From Telmatocola sphagniphila (GTDB lineage Bacteria; Planctomycetota; Planctomycetia; Gemmatales; Gemmataceae), in NCBI RefSeq assembly GCF_018398935.1, contig NZ_CP074694.1, positions 60,001 through 92,000 on the forward strand: a DNA stretch of 32,000 nucleotides, in the 5' to 3' direction. This document shows, piece by piece, positions 8,368 through 20,200 of this stretch; the first letter of the stretch is position 1, and every line of letters starts with the position of its first letter. A program made the translations under genes and the position numbers. The notes beneath the pieces were generated by a model. It was not told the DNA's origin. It made no database searches and saw nothing but the letters and a program-made list of their open reading frames with translations.

Positions 8368-9852
8368 ATGTTCCTTGGACGGCGGACGAGCAAACAATCC
8401 CATAATAGATTTCGATCCCTGCGCTTGGAAGAGTTGGAATCCCGTGAAGTTTTCAGCAACGCAATTCTATTTATTGGCAACAGCTACACCGCGTTAACCA
8501 ATCCCGAAACCTATATCGATACTTTCGTGAGGGATCTGGCCGTGGCGGGTGGTCAACCGGCCCCGGATATCGTTCGCTCCATTATCTATGGAAGTACGCT
8601 GCAGGAACATGCCAACAGCTTATCTCCCGCGGCTATCCGAGCGTTACTTCCTGCGGGCGATGCCAATTGGGACTACGTTGTTATCCAGTCTCTTGCCGAG
8701 GAGACTTCAACTCAGGGAAGTCAGTATTATTTCGGCAATCCCAACTACGTCATTAACGGTGCAGTGGCTCTCGTTAATGAAATTCACCAGGCTTCTCCAA
8801 ACGCCAAGATAATCCTCTACGAGCCGTGGGCCAAGCGAACCGACGGCACGATGCCGACAAATATTTATCCGGATGTCTTTTCGGGTCCGGCTCAGATGAT
8901 CGCCGCAATCGATGCCATGGAACCGAAAATCCAGTCGGCTTTGATTAATGCTTATCCAGGTCTCAGTGTTCAGATCGCTCCGGCCGGGGATGCTTGGGCG
9001 ATAGTGAATAACCCGGATGCTCTCTCGATCGATGGCATTACCCACCCGAACCCTCAGGGGGCGTTATTGGCGGCGGAAACCATCTACGACACTATTTATG
9101 ACACGGTTTCCGCAGATATTCCGAGTGCGGCGATTCCCGCTCTGGCCGCCGCCCATGGTCTGACCGTTCAGCAGTTTGACTTGTTTACACCCGTGGCCGA
9201 TCAGGCGGTGGGCGAACTTCATGCGAGTGCCGATCAGAACTTTTTATCGAAGCTGTTCGCCGATGCTTTGGGGCGACCTTTGGATGCAGGGGATATCGCC
9301 ATTTGGATGCCTTTATTGGACGCCGGCAAAGTCTCCCGAGCGGATGTGGTTCAACAGGTTTATCAATCCAGTGAGTATTACGAGCATCAAATCACCCTGG
9401 CGTATGAATCGATTTTGCAGCGCACACCCGATTCGGTAGGCTTGAGTAACTGGCTGACCGATCTTCAGAATGGATTGTCGATCGAACAAATGCAAGCCGA
9501 TATTTGGGGTTCCACGGAGAGTCAGTCTCGAAACGGAAACACAACCGATTCGTTCATCCAACAACTTTACCAGACCTATTTGGGGCGGTCGGCGGATAAT
9601 TTGGGCCTGAGTAACTGGGTGGAGCAGCTCAATTCGGGTGAATTGACGAGCACTCAACTGGCCTACGCCATCATTCGCAGCCCGGAAAGTCTGACTCATA
9701 CCCTCTCGAGCGATTACCAGACGTTACTGAATAGACCGGTGGATTCGGCCGGTTTAGCGAACTGGTTGCTGGATCTCTCCAATTCAAAGCCTCTGAATGA
9801 CGTGATCATGGGAATTGAAAGCAGCCTGGAATTCCGGGATAGTTCGAGCTGA
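8368..9852 (+). CDS. Probable secreted SGNH/DUF4886-like hydrolase-fold protein with about 4 C-terminal DUF4214 repeats
   Basis: The track ORF begins at a TTG at 8341; I prefer the ATG at 8368. The N-terminus is MFLGRRTSKQSHNRFRSLRLEELESREVFSN. Next come ILFIGNSYT (a GNS-type SGNH block I) and WDYVVIQS. From about 9229 there are four DUF4214-like repeats (FLSKLFADALGRPLDAGDIAIW, AYESILQRTPDSVGLSNWLTDLQNG, FIQQLYQTYLGRSADNLGLSNWVEQLNSG, YQTLLNRPVDSAGLANWLLDL). Confidence 0.7.
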   Translation: MFLGRRTSKQSHNRFRSLRLEELESREVFSNAILFIGNSYTALTNPETYIDTFVRDLAVAGGQPAPDIVRSIIYGSTLQEHANSLSPAAIRALLPAGDANWDYVVIQSLAEETSTQGSQYYFGNPNYVINGAVALVNEIHQASPNAKIILYEPWAKRTDGTMPTNIYPDVFSGPAQMIAAIDAMEPKIQSALINAYPGLSVQIAPAGDAWAIVNNPDALSIDGITHPNPQGALLAAETIYDTIYDTVSADIPSAAIPALAAAHGLTVQQFDLFTPVADQAVGELHASADQNFLSKLFADALGRPLDAGDIAIWMPLLDAGKVSRADVVQQVYQSSEYYEHQITLAYESILQRTPDSVGLSNWLTDLQNGLSIEQMQADIWGSTESQSRNGNTTDSFIQQLYQTYLGRSADNLGLSNWVEQLNSGELTSTQLAYAIIRSPESLTHTLSSDYQTLLNRPVDSAGLANWLLDLSNSKPLNDVIMGIESSLEFRDSSS

Positions 9853-9999
9853 TTAGGTGCATTGCCCTCACTTTCCGAGCTTCACTTTTTTGATTTTTCC
9901 AATATCTCTTGCTCGGAATCGTCCGGTCGGTGTGCCCATGCCCTGCGAATCCATAAAATTTCTGTTCGGAGCGAGCGTTATCCAGGATTCGGAGTTCTC

Positions 10000-12792
<2,793 letters not shown>

Positions 12793-12814
12793 TTTTTTTC
12801 ACGAAGCCACTACC

Positions 12815-13327
12815 TTGAGCGATACTATCAAGAACTTTCGACCGGAAGATCTGGAGACTGATGACCGCTTCCCCAGCGGTTCCTGGATCGGCTTTTTCGT
12901 CGATAAGCGACTCCCCGGCAAGCACCAGATGGAATTGGATCTGGCCTTCAGCAAAGGGGTGATTCGCGGCGAAGGTCGCGATCGCGTCGGAGAGTTTATC
13001 CTGACCGGTCGCTACACGCTCGAGGATGGCAAAGCCTACTGGACCAAGAAGTATCTGAAAGCGCACGATGTCTTCTACGACGGATACAACGAAGGCAAAG
13101 GCATTTGGGGCGTCTGGAACCTGACCGATTACGGCCAGCTTTACAAAGGTGGCTTCCACATCTGGCCCAAAGGGATGCCCGATCCCACCGAGCTGAAGCT
13201 GACGGCGCACGAAGATATCCCCGAGGAAAATCCGATCTGGATACCCGATGAAGAACTGGTTCCTGTCGGGGGCGGCCCGGAGGAGGAAGACGAACCCTGG
13301 AAAAAGTCTTCCCCGCACCCGGAATAG
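12815..13327 (+). CDS. Hypothetical protein (170 aa), TTG start, acidic C-terminal tail
   Basis: The ORF begins 23 nt after the alaS stop and ends 13 nt before the NHL gene. Its composition is protein-like, whereas the longer antisense ORF is not. Notable strings are GSWIGFFVDKRLPGKHQMELDLAFSKGVIRGEGRDRVGEFILTGRY, WTKKYLKAHDVFYDGYNEGKGIWGVW and GGFHIWPKG. I can name no family with confidence. The first in-frame ATG would delete the conserved-looking GSWIGFF segment. Confidence 0.6.
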   Translation: MSDTIKNFRPEDLETDDRFPSGSWIGFFVDKRLPGKHQMELDLAFSKGVIRGEGRDRVGEFILTGRYTLEDGKAYWTKKYLKAHDVFYDGYNEGKGIWGVWNLTDYGQLYKGGFHIWPKGMPDPTELKLTAHEDIPEENPIWIPDEELVPVGGGPEEEDEPWKKSSPHPE

Positions 13328-13340
13328 TTAGGCGAATCCG

Positions 13341-14354
13341 ATGAAAATCCTTTCCCTGGTCGGCCTATTGTTTGTATCTGTTTCGATGACTTCAGCAGGC
13401 GAGGGTAAGATCTCTCTGCTCGCCGACCAAAATCTGAAAGAACCCTTTGGTGGTGATTTCGATTCTCACGGGAATTACGTTTTGGCCGAGTTCGGTGGCC
13501 ATTCGATCAAATCCGTCAGTCCAGCCGGGAAAGTGATGACCATCGCCGGAGATGGCACGAAGGGATATCTGGATGGCCCGGCCGAGAAAGCCAGGTTCAA
13601 CTCGCCTCATAACTGCGTAGTTCATCCGAAAACAGGCGATATCTACGTCGCGGATACATTCAATCACACCGTTCGTAAGATCGATGCGAAGTCAAAACTC
13701 GTCACCACCGTTCTCGGCAATGGCCAAGCAGGATATTCCGGAGACGGTGGGCCGGCCGTGAAAGCGACCTGCAACGAAGCGTACCACATCGCACTCGATT
13801 CGACTGGAAAACTGCTTTATCTTGCCGACATTCGCAATTACCGCATCCGACAGATCAATCTGGAGACCGGCATCGTTCAAACCGTTGTCGGGAACGGCAA
13901 AAAGGGGATACCGAATAATGGTACCATTGCTCTGGAAGCTCCTCTTGTAGATCCCCGCGCGGTGGCTGTGGATGGAAAAGGAAGGCTCTATATTCTCGAG
14001 CGGGCGGGGAATGCCCTTCGAGTGGTTGTGGATGGAAAAATCGAAACGTTAGTCGGCAAAGGCAGCGTTGGCTCAAACAGTGCGGCCGTTCTCAACGGTC
14101 CGAAATTTCTCTGGATCGAGCCGAACAATAACGTGCTGATTGCCGATACCGAAAATCACTGTGTCCGGCGGTTCGATGTGCAAAGCCATGCTTTGAGCCT
14201 GATTGCCGGAACGGGCAAGAAAGGGAAAGGCGAACCCAATGGGGGTCCGACGCAATGTGCTCTCCAGCGGCCGCACGGAGTCGCCATTACTCCCGCCGGG
14301 GAACTGCTCATCAGCGACACTGAAAACAACCGCATACTGCTGATCAAAAAATAA
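13341..14354 (+). CDS. Secreted NHL-repeat beta-propeller protein
   Basis: 337 aa. The signal peptide is MKILSLVGLLFVSVSMTSAGEG. NHL-type blades repeat through the protein (FNSPHNCVVHPKTGDIYVADTFNHTVRKID, AYHIALDSTGKLLYLADIRNYRIRQIN, PRAVAVDGKGRLYILE, PKFLWIEPNNNVLIADTENHCVRRFD, PHGVAITPAGELLISDTENNRILLI). Confidence 0.85.
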   Translation: MKILSLVGLLFVSVSMTSAGEGKISLLADQNLKEPFGGDFDSHGNYVLAEFGGHSIKSVSPAGKVMTIAGDGTKGYLDGPAEKARFNSPHNCVVHPKTGDIYVADTFNHTVRKIDAKSKLVTTVLGNGQAGYSGDGGPAVKATCNEAYHIALDSTGKLLYLADIRNYRIRQINLETGIVQTVVGNGKKGIPNNGTIALEAPLVDPRAVAVDGKGRLYILERAGNALRVVVDGKIETLVGKGSVGSNSAAVLNGPKFLWIEPNNNVLIADTENHCVRRFDVQSHALSLIAGTGKKGKGEPNGGPTQCALQRPHGVAITPAGELLISDTENNRILLIKK

Positions 14355-14368
14355 GCGAACTCCTTTCG

Positions 14369-17300
14369 CTATTTTTGCAGAAGCGATCTCAACAATTCAT
14401 ACCAAAGTTCGGGCTCTTCTTCTTCCGGGAAAAGCTTGAGGTAAAGCGTCTTTTCGTCGATGATCTTTAGTCTGCGGCCGGTCTTTTCTTCCAATTGCCC
14501 GGCTCTTTTCTTGTTACGATAGCTGAATAGGAGCGCTGCCCCATCGACGTGAATCGAGTTGATCTGCCAGAAATGACACAACAACCGGATTTCCGTAACG
14601 CGCAATAGCCATTCCGCCGGTTCGGGAATCGGACCATAGCGATCCCGGCACTCGTTTTTGAAATCTTCGAGCTTCTGCATATCCCGAATGCGCGACAATC
14701 GGCGATAGACTTCCATGCGCAGCTTCTGGGCCGGGACATAATCTCTTGGAAGATAGGCAGGCCAAGGGAGATCGACCGTGATCTCCAAGGGGGTACGCAA
14801 AGGCATATTCTTCAGACTGCGCACGGCATTTTCGAGCAACTGGCAATACAACTCGTAACCCACTGCGGCGATGTGCCCCGACTGCTCGGTGCCCAGAATG
14901 TTGCCCGCACCGCGAATTTCCAGATCCCGCATGGCAATTTTGAAACCGGCCCCCAGCTCCGTGAATTCTTCAATCGCCTTCAATCGCTTGGCGGCATCGC
15001 CCGTCACGGCCAACTCTTTGCTTAATAGCAGATAAGCATAGGCTCGATTTTTCTGCCGACCCACGCGGCCTCGCAGCTGGTGCAAATCCGCGAGGCCGTA
15101 CAGATGGGCATCGTCGATGAACATGGTATTTGCATTGGGAATATCCACCCCCGATTCGATGATCGTCGTCGCGACCAGGATATCGGCTTCGTGCCGAACG
15201 AATTTCACCATCGCCTCTTCCAGTTCGTGGCCGTGCATCTGGCCGTGGGCAATGATGATGCGAGCTTCCGGAACGATCTGCAAGAGTTTCTGTTTGACGG
15301 TCTCAATGTCGTAGACGCGATTGTGAACGAAGTAAACCTGACCATCCCGATTTAATTCGCGCATGATCGCGTTGCGAATCAACTTTTCATCGAAGCGGAT
15401 AATTCGGGTTTCGACCGGCAAGCGTTCTGGTGGCGGGGTTTCCAGATTGGAAATGTCGCGAATACCTAACAGCGCCAGATGCAGCGTACGGGGGATGGGA
15501 GTGGCCGTCATTGTCAGCACGTGGACCATCGAGCGAATCTGTTTCAAGCGCTCCTTGTGATCGACGCCAAAGCGCTGCTCCTCATCGACGATGACCAGTC
15601 CCAGATCTTTGAACTTGACATCCGCCGAAACCAGCCGGTGCGTTCCGACTACCACATCGATGGTGCCTTCGGCCAGACCTTTGACCACTCGTTTCTGCTC
15701 GGCGGCACTCCGGAAGCGATTGAGAACATCCACAGTGAAAGGATATTCGGCGAACCGGCTCTTGAACGTTCGAAAGTGCTGCTCGGCAAGAACGGTGGTA
15801 GGTACCAGAATCGCCACCTGTTTGCCGTTATCGACGCACTTGAAGGCGGCCCGTATTGCCATCTCGGTTTTGCCGTAGCCGACATCGCCGCACAAGAGGC
15901 GATCCATCGGACGGGGTTTAGCCAGATCGGCTTTGATTTCCGAAATGGCGGTCAATTGATCGGGTGTTTCCTGGTAAGGGAAAGCTTCCTCGAAGGATTT
16001 CTGCCATTCCGAATCCATCGGTAGCGAAAAGCCGACCTGCCCTTCGCGCATGGCCTGAATCTGAATCATCTCGGCCGCCATATCGCGAACGGCTTCCTGA
16101 ACCTTATCCTTTTTCTTGCCCCAGGAACTGCCGCCGAGTTTCGACAATTCCGGCAGAGTTTTGGAGCCTCCGACGTATTTTTGAACCAGATCGATCTTGG
16201 CGACCGGCACGTACATGAGCACGCCGTCGCGAAATTCGAGGATCAGATTCTCTTCTTTATGATCCTGTTTGCCTCCCTGCGACATCGGCTTATCGAGCAG
16301 CGTCATGCCGCGAAAGATTGCAATGCCATGCACCACATGGACGACGTAGTCGCCTTCGTTCAGTTCCAGGAAGGAATCGATGGCCCGCGATTCGATCCGG
16401 CGTTTGGGTAAACCCTTGGGCGTCTTCTCTCCCAGAGCCACCGGATCGCGGCGGAACAACTCGTGGCTGGAGATGACGACGATTCTCTCCTGAACCATGC
16501 GGAAACCGGCGCGAATCACCCCCGTCACCAGTTTCAGTTTGCCCGATTGGGCAATTTTGCCCTCCTGAAATATTTCCCGGATGCGATGCAGTTCGGCCTC
16601 ATTCTGGCAGGCGATCATCACCTGATCGTGATGGGCCACCGCATCCAGTTCATCGCGCACTTTCTGGACGTTTCCGCTGAAGCGTTCGATCGACTCGACG
16701 CGCAAATGAACCGTCTGCTCCATCGACGGCCGGGGCATGGCACTGACCGTCAGGTTGGGAAACTTCATCAGGTTGGCAAAAACCGCGTGGATGCCAAACA
16801 GGCCGATCGGTTCATCCACCCGTTCCAGAAAGAATTTACTCTGCTCCTGGAGGTCGTTTGGTTCGACCAGAATCGTCCAACTCTCCGAAGGAAGAAAATC
16901 GGAGAGATGTTCAAACCGCGAATCCGACCCGGCCGATTTCTGGCTCTTGTTTCCAGCTCCTTCGTCCATTTTTAACGGGCCGAGGATCGCGGCCTCTTTC
17001 AGGTCGCCCAGACTGCGCTGGCTGGCGGCCGCGAAAGAGCGGATCGATTCGATGTCATCGCCGAAGAATTCGATGCGTACCGGGTTTTCAGAATCGAAAC
17101 TGAAAATGTCGAGGATGCCGCCCCGTCGGGAAAATTCGCCCGGCAGTTCGACCGATTCCGCCCGCCGAAAGCCCTGATCGATTAACCAGCGACTCAGATC
17201 GTCCAAATCGTAGGCGGCGTTCACCTTCAGAATTCGTTGCCGCGATTTCAATTGCGACTGGCTCGGCACCGGCTGCATCATGGCAGCGATTGTGGTCAGG

Positions 17301-17674
17301 ATGAATTTGGGTGGAGCGGTATGCAGACTCTGAACGAGCCGTAGCCGTTGGCCGGGTGTGGAATCGAGGGAGGTTTTTTCCGGTGGCCAGCTTTCCCAAG
17401 CGGGGAAAATGGCCGGTCGCAGGCCGGTGAAGCTTTGCAGGTCGCTGGCCCAGAATTCCAGATCGCCCGGGTGAGCCAGTACGACAAGAATCGACTGAGG
17501 AGCGGTGACGCCGAGTGCCGCGATGGAGAGAGCCGCGGAAGAGCCCCAGGTTCCATCGATTGTTCCGGCTTTGCGGGCGCGCAGCGCAGCCTCTAACTCC
17601 AACCATTCATCGGAATGGCGAAGAAATTCCGGAAGATCCGTCAATTTCTCTAAGGGGATCCCGTCCGAGGGCAT
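14369..17674 (-). CDS. mfd: Transcription-repair coupling factor
   Basis: 1101 aa. The CarD/TRCF RNA-polymerase-interaction block is GDYVVHVVHGIAIFRGM. The SF2 helicase motifs are GDVGYGKTEMAIRAAF (Walker A), IVDEEQRFG (DExx), LTMTATPIPRTL and QLRGRVGR. The C-terminal TRCF domain is also present. Confidence 0.97.
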   Translation of the reverse strand: MPSDGIPLEKLTDLPEFLRHSDEWLELEAALRARKAGTIDGTWGSSAALSIAALGVTAPQSILVVLAHPGDLEFWASDLQSFTGLRPAIFPAWESWPPEKTSLDSTPGQRLRLVQSLHTAPPKFILTTIAAMMQPVPSQSQLKSRQRILKVNAAYDLDDLSRWLIDQGFRRAESVELPGEFSRRGGILDIFSFDSENPVRIEFFGDDIESIRSFAAASQRSLGDLKEAAILGPLKMDEGAGNKSQKSAGSDSRFEHLSDFLPSESWTILVEPNDLQEQSKFFLERVDEPIGLFGIHAVFANLMKFPNLTVSAMPRPSMEQTVHLRVESIERFSGNVQKVRDELDAVAHHDQVMIACQNEAELHRIREIFQEGKIAQSGKLKLVTGVIRAGFRMVQERIVVISSHELFRRDPVALGEKTPKGLPKRRIESRAIDSFLELNEGDYVVHVVHGIAIFRGMTLLDKPMSQGGKQDHKEENLILEFRDGVLMYVPVAKIDLVQKYVGGSKTLPELSKLGGSSWGKKKDKVQEAVRDMAAEMIQIQAMREGQVGFSLPMDSEWQKSFEEAFPYQETPDQLTAISEIKADLAKPRPMDRLLCGDVGYGKTEMAIRAAFKCVDNGKQVAILVPTTVLAEQHFRTFKSRFAEYPFTVDVLNRFRSAAEQKRVVKGLAEGTIDVVVGTHRLVSADVKFKDLGLVIVDEEQRFGVDHKERLKQIRSMVHVLTMTATPIPRTLHLALLGIRDISNLETPPPERLPVETRIIRFDEKLIRNAIMRELNRDGQVYFVHNRVYDIETVKQKLLQIVPEARIIIAHGQMHGHELEEAMVKFVRHEADILVATTIIESGVDIPNANTMFIDDAHLYGLADLHQLRGRVGRQKNRAYAYLLLSKELAVTGDAAKRLKAIEEFTELGAGFKIAMRDLEIRGAGNILGTEQSGHIAAVGYELYCQLLENAVRSLKNMPLRTPLEITVDLPWPAYLPRDYVPAQKLRMEVYRRLSRIRDMQKLEDFKNECRDRYGPIPEPAEWLLRVTEIRLLCHFWQINSIHVDGAALLFSYRNKKRAGQLEEKTGRRLKIIDEKTLYLKLFPEEEEPELWYELLRSLLQK

Positions 17675-17705
17675 CCATACACTCCCGCAAGCCCAGATAA
17701 TCGTA

Positions 17706-17787
17706 TGCTAGTCGTCCGGCGCAGAAAGACCAACCAGCTGAATTTCTCTAACTGATTCCAGTATTTTGTTTTGCGACCCGGCGCAGA
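17706..17787. repeat. 10-nt direct repeat CCGGCGCAGA, two copies, in the mfd / DUF2252 divergent intergenic region
   Basis: CCGGCGCAGA occurs at 17706-17715 and again at 17778-17787, 72 nt apart. Both copies are followed by purine-rich sequence (AAGA and GAAA). Confidence 0.2.
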
Positions 17788-17801
17788 GAAATTATTCTGA
17801 A

Positions 17802-18956
17802 ATGATACCTCTCTGTAGAAAGGAAAAGGTCGTGGATATCATTGAAGCAAATCGCAGTTACGAACGGTGGATGAATGAATACGTCCAGACGGTTCGCTCC
17901 GATCTGGTTTATAAACACCGTTTGATGGCTCACCCCAAGAATCCTTTTCCCTTTTTTCGGGCTACCTTTTTTCGCTGGCTGCAAATCTGGCCCAAAATCT
18001 GTCCCGAGTTAGCCAAAGCGCCCACTTGCCATGCCATCGGCGACGTGCACATCGAAAACTTCGGTACCTGGCGGGATTCCGATGGACGGCTGTGCTGGGG
18101 CATGAACGATTTCGACGAGGCCGATTTGTATCCGTTCACCATCGATCTTGTGCGGCTCGCAGCCAGCGTCGGCCTGGCCCATTCGATTAAATCGATCAAA
18201 AGAAGCCTGCCCAAAGCCTGTGCCGCCATCGAACTGGGCTATCGCAACAATCTGGAGCGCGGCGGCCGGCCGATGGTGCTGGAAGAAAAAAATCGGCACC
18301 TGCGGCGACTGGCGTTCCATCAGGCCCGCGAACCGAATCGCTACTGGAAAAAAATGTCCCGACTGCTCGAGCTGGAACCGATCCGGCCGCCGTCAGAACT
18401 GAAGAAACTTTTGAGATCGATGGCTCCGAAGCATCTCAAAGAGGTGCAGTTTCGCCGTCGACCGCAAGTGGGAATGGGGAGCCTCGGTCGGCCGCGCTAC
18501 ATTATGTTGGCCCAGTGGGATGGGGCTTGGATTGCCCGGGAGGCTAAAGCCATCGTTCCTCCGGCGAAGTACTGGTTGAACGAGAAGGATCCTCCCGAAG
18601 GAACCTTACCGGCTCAGAAAATCCTGGAGAAATCCATTCGTTGTCCCGATCCTTTTCTGCACTACGGCCGACATTGGGTGAATCGCCGATTGGCCCCGCA
18701 TTGCGGCCGCATTGAGCTGACTCAACTTGTCGGGCACGACGCGGAAATCCGGCTACTGGCGGCGATGGGTCAGGAATTAGCCAATGTTCATCTGGGCTCT
18801 GGAAAGGAAACGGCCGCCATCAGCCATTATTTGGGCCGCTTGCCCAAGGATTGGCTTGTGACGGCCGCGGAAGAGATGTTACGAATCCTCATTGGGGATT
18901 GGCGGATTTACGGAGAGAAAGTTCGCAAGAAAGTGCCGCCGAGCGCCGCCGAATAA
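17802..18956 (+). CDS. DUF2252-family protein (kinase-like fold)
   Basis: The track ORF starts at a TTG at 17766; I prefer the ATG at 17802 (MIPLCRKEK...). Diagnostic strings are NPFPFFRATFFRW, CHAIGDVHIENFGTWRDSDGRLCWGMNDFDEA and PRYIMLAQ. Recognised from memory as DUF2252. Confidence 0.8.
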   Translation: MIPLCRKEKVVDIIEANRSYERWMNEYVQTVRSDLVYKHRLMAHPKNPFPFFRATFFRWLQIWPKICPELAKAPTCHAIGDVHIENFGTWRDSDGRLCWGMNDFDEADLYPFTIDLVRLAASVGLAHSIKSIKRSLPKACAAIELGYRNNLERGGRPMVLEEKNRHLRRLAFHQAREPNRYWKKMSRLLELEPIRPPSELKKLLRSMAPKHLKEVQFRRRPQVGMGSLGRPRYIMLAQWDGAWIAREAKAIVPPAKYWLNEKDPPEGTLPAQKILEKSIRCPDPFLHYGRHWVNRRLAPHCGRIELTQLVGHDAEIRLLAAMGQELANVHLGSGKETAAISHYLGRLPKDWLVTAAEEMLRILIGDWRIYGEKVRKKVPPSAAE

Positions 18957-18976
18957 GGGTGGTCGCGCGGAAAATT

Positions 18977-19294
18977 TCAGTGCTCGATCTGAAACCAGTC
19001 GGGAGGAGACGCTTCGTACTTAGTGTAGATGTCATCGGGATCAATGGCCTCGTACTCGAACTGCTTCTCCTTCAACTGGCTTTCCAGAAATTCTTGAATC
19101 TCCGCCTCGAAGAGATATTGCCGGACCAGACGGTCGCCCGCACGGCCGAACTTGCTTGCTTCGGCATACACTTTTTCAAATTCACTCTCGTGATTGCGAA
19201 GCAGATGGGTCCATAATTCGCTCAAGCGCGATTTGAAGTCGGCTTCGGATTCGCCGGCTTTCGATCGGATATGCACATTCAGATAATCGGTCAT
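18977..19294 (-). CDS. Hypothetical small acidic protein (105 aa)
   Basis: The ORF has an ATG start and fills the gap between the DUF2252 gene (convergent, 20 nt away) and the SDR gene (divergent). The sequence MTDYLNVHIRSKAGESEADFKSRLSELWTHLLRNHESEFEKVYAEASKFGR...PPDWFQIEH has globular, helix-rich composition. I recognise no family. Confidence 0.5.
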   Translation of the reverse strand: MTDYLNVHIRSKAGESEADFKSRLSELWTHLLRNHESEFEKVYAEASKFGRAGDRLVRQYLFEAEIQEFLESQLKEKQFEYEAIDPDDIYTKYEASPPDWFQIEH

Positions 19295-19356
19295 AACATT
19301 TCTTCCCGTGGGACTGCCTTCTAAGATTGAGGATACGAAATGGAGGGGTGCTCATC

Positions 19357-20130
19357 ATGATGAAGCCGGTCAATCAACTATTCGATCTTTCTGGAAAGGT
19401 GGCCCTGGTCACCGGCGGCAATAAAGGTCTTGGAAAAGCGATGGCTCGCGGCCTGGCTGAGGCGGGAGCCGATATTTTCATTTCGAGTCGATCCGAGGGG
19501 GAGTTGAAAACCTCCTTAGCGGAGATCCTGGACGGCACGGGCCGAAAAGGGGAGTATTGCGTGGCCGACATGAACGATCGGGCTGATGTGGCGCGACTGG
19601 CCGAGACGGCCCTGGCGAAAATGGGGCGAATCGACATTCTCATCAACAATGCGGGCGTGAATATTCCTCAGGCGATCGATGCGATTGACGACGAATCCTG
19701 GGATCGCGTTCTGGAAGTGAATCTCTCTTCCATCATGGCCCTATCCCGGGCACTAGTCCCGCAGATGAAAAGTCGCAAATGGGGCCGGATTGTTCATATT
19801 TCCTCCATCATGGGATTTGTGTCGAAAGAACGCCGAAATGCCTATTCGGCCACCAAATCGGCCGTGATTGGCTTGGCCAAGGCGAGTGCGCTCGATTTGG
19901 GCGAATTCGGAATTACGGTCAATTGCATCGCTCCCGGGCCGTTTCTCACCGACATGCCAATGAGTGTGCTTTCGGATGCCGAAAAGAAGCAATTCGCTTC
20001 ACGCACGGCCCTCAACCGCTGGGGCGATCCCAAAGAATTGGTCGGCCCGGTTTTGATGCTCACCAGCGAAGCCGGGAGCTACGTCACCGGACAAGTTTTG
20101 GTTGTGGATGGCGGCTATATCGCCCGTTAA
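19357..20130 (+). CDS. SDR-family oxidoreductase (classical short-chain dehydrogenase, gluconate-5-dehydrogenase/FabG-like)
   Basis: The ATG at 19357 is preceded by GGAGGGG. The cofactor motif is ALVTGGNKGLGKAMA (TGxxxGxG). NNAG is present, and the catalytic residues sit in SSIMGFVS...YSATKSAVIGLAK (YxxxK). PGPF follows, and the C-terminus is GQVLVVDGGY. Confidence 0.9.
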   Translation: MMKPVNQLFDLSGKVALVTGGNKGLGKAMARGLAEAGADIFISSRSEGELKTSLAEILDGTGRKGEYCVADMNDRADVARLAETALAKMGRIDILINNAGVNIPQAIDAIDDESWDRVLEVNLSSIMALSRALVPQMKSRKWGRIVHISSIMGFVSKERRNAYSATKSAVIGLAKASALDLGEFGITVNCIAPGPFLTDMPMSVLSDAEKKQFASRTALNRWGDPKELVGPVLMLTSEAGSYVTGQVLVVDGGYIAR

Positions 20131-20200
20131 TTGGCCTCGACAGATTGGGTGGGTTCGGTTATACAAGTTGCCTATCCTGGTTATTTTGGAGCACAAGGAC

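Noticed and set aside
9874-9917. Inverted repeat TCCGAGC...GCTCGGA upstream of alaS as a possible autoregulatory operator or leader hairpin
   Set aside because: The arms are only 7 bp and the loop is 30 nt. That is too weak to call without conservation data.
9862-9999. 46-codon upstream extension of alaS
   Set aside because: It shows no similarity to AlaRS, and the canonical N-terminus begins at the ATG at 10000.
15479-17606. Several 146-181-aa ORFs on both strands (15479..16024, 16463..16975, 16737..17177, 17088..17606)
   Set aside because: All lie inside mfd, either antisense or in alternative frames. The mfd frame is unambiguous.
20102-20200. Upstream extension of the SGNH-like ORF
   Set aside because: It overlaps the SDR gene's 3' end. 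The GTG at 20201 with an upstream GGAG gives a sensible basic-plus-transmembrane-anchor N-terminus.
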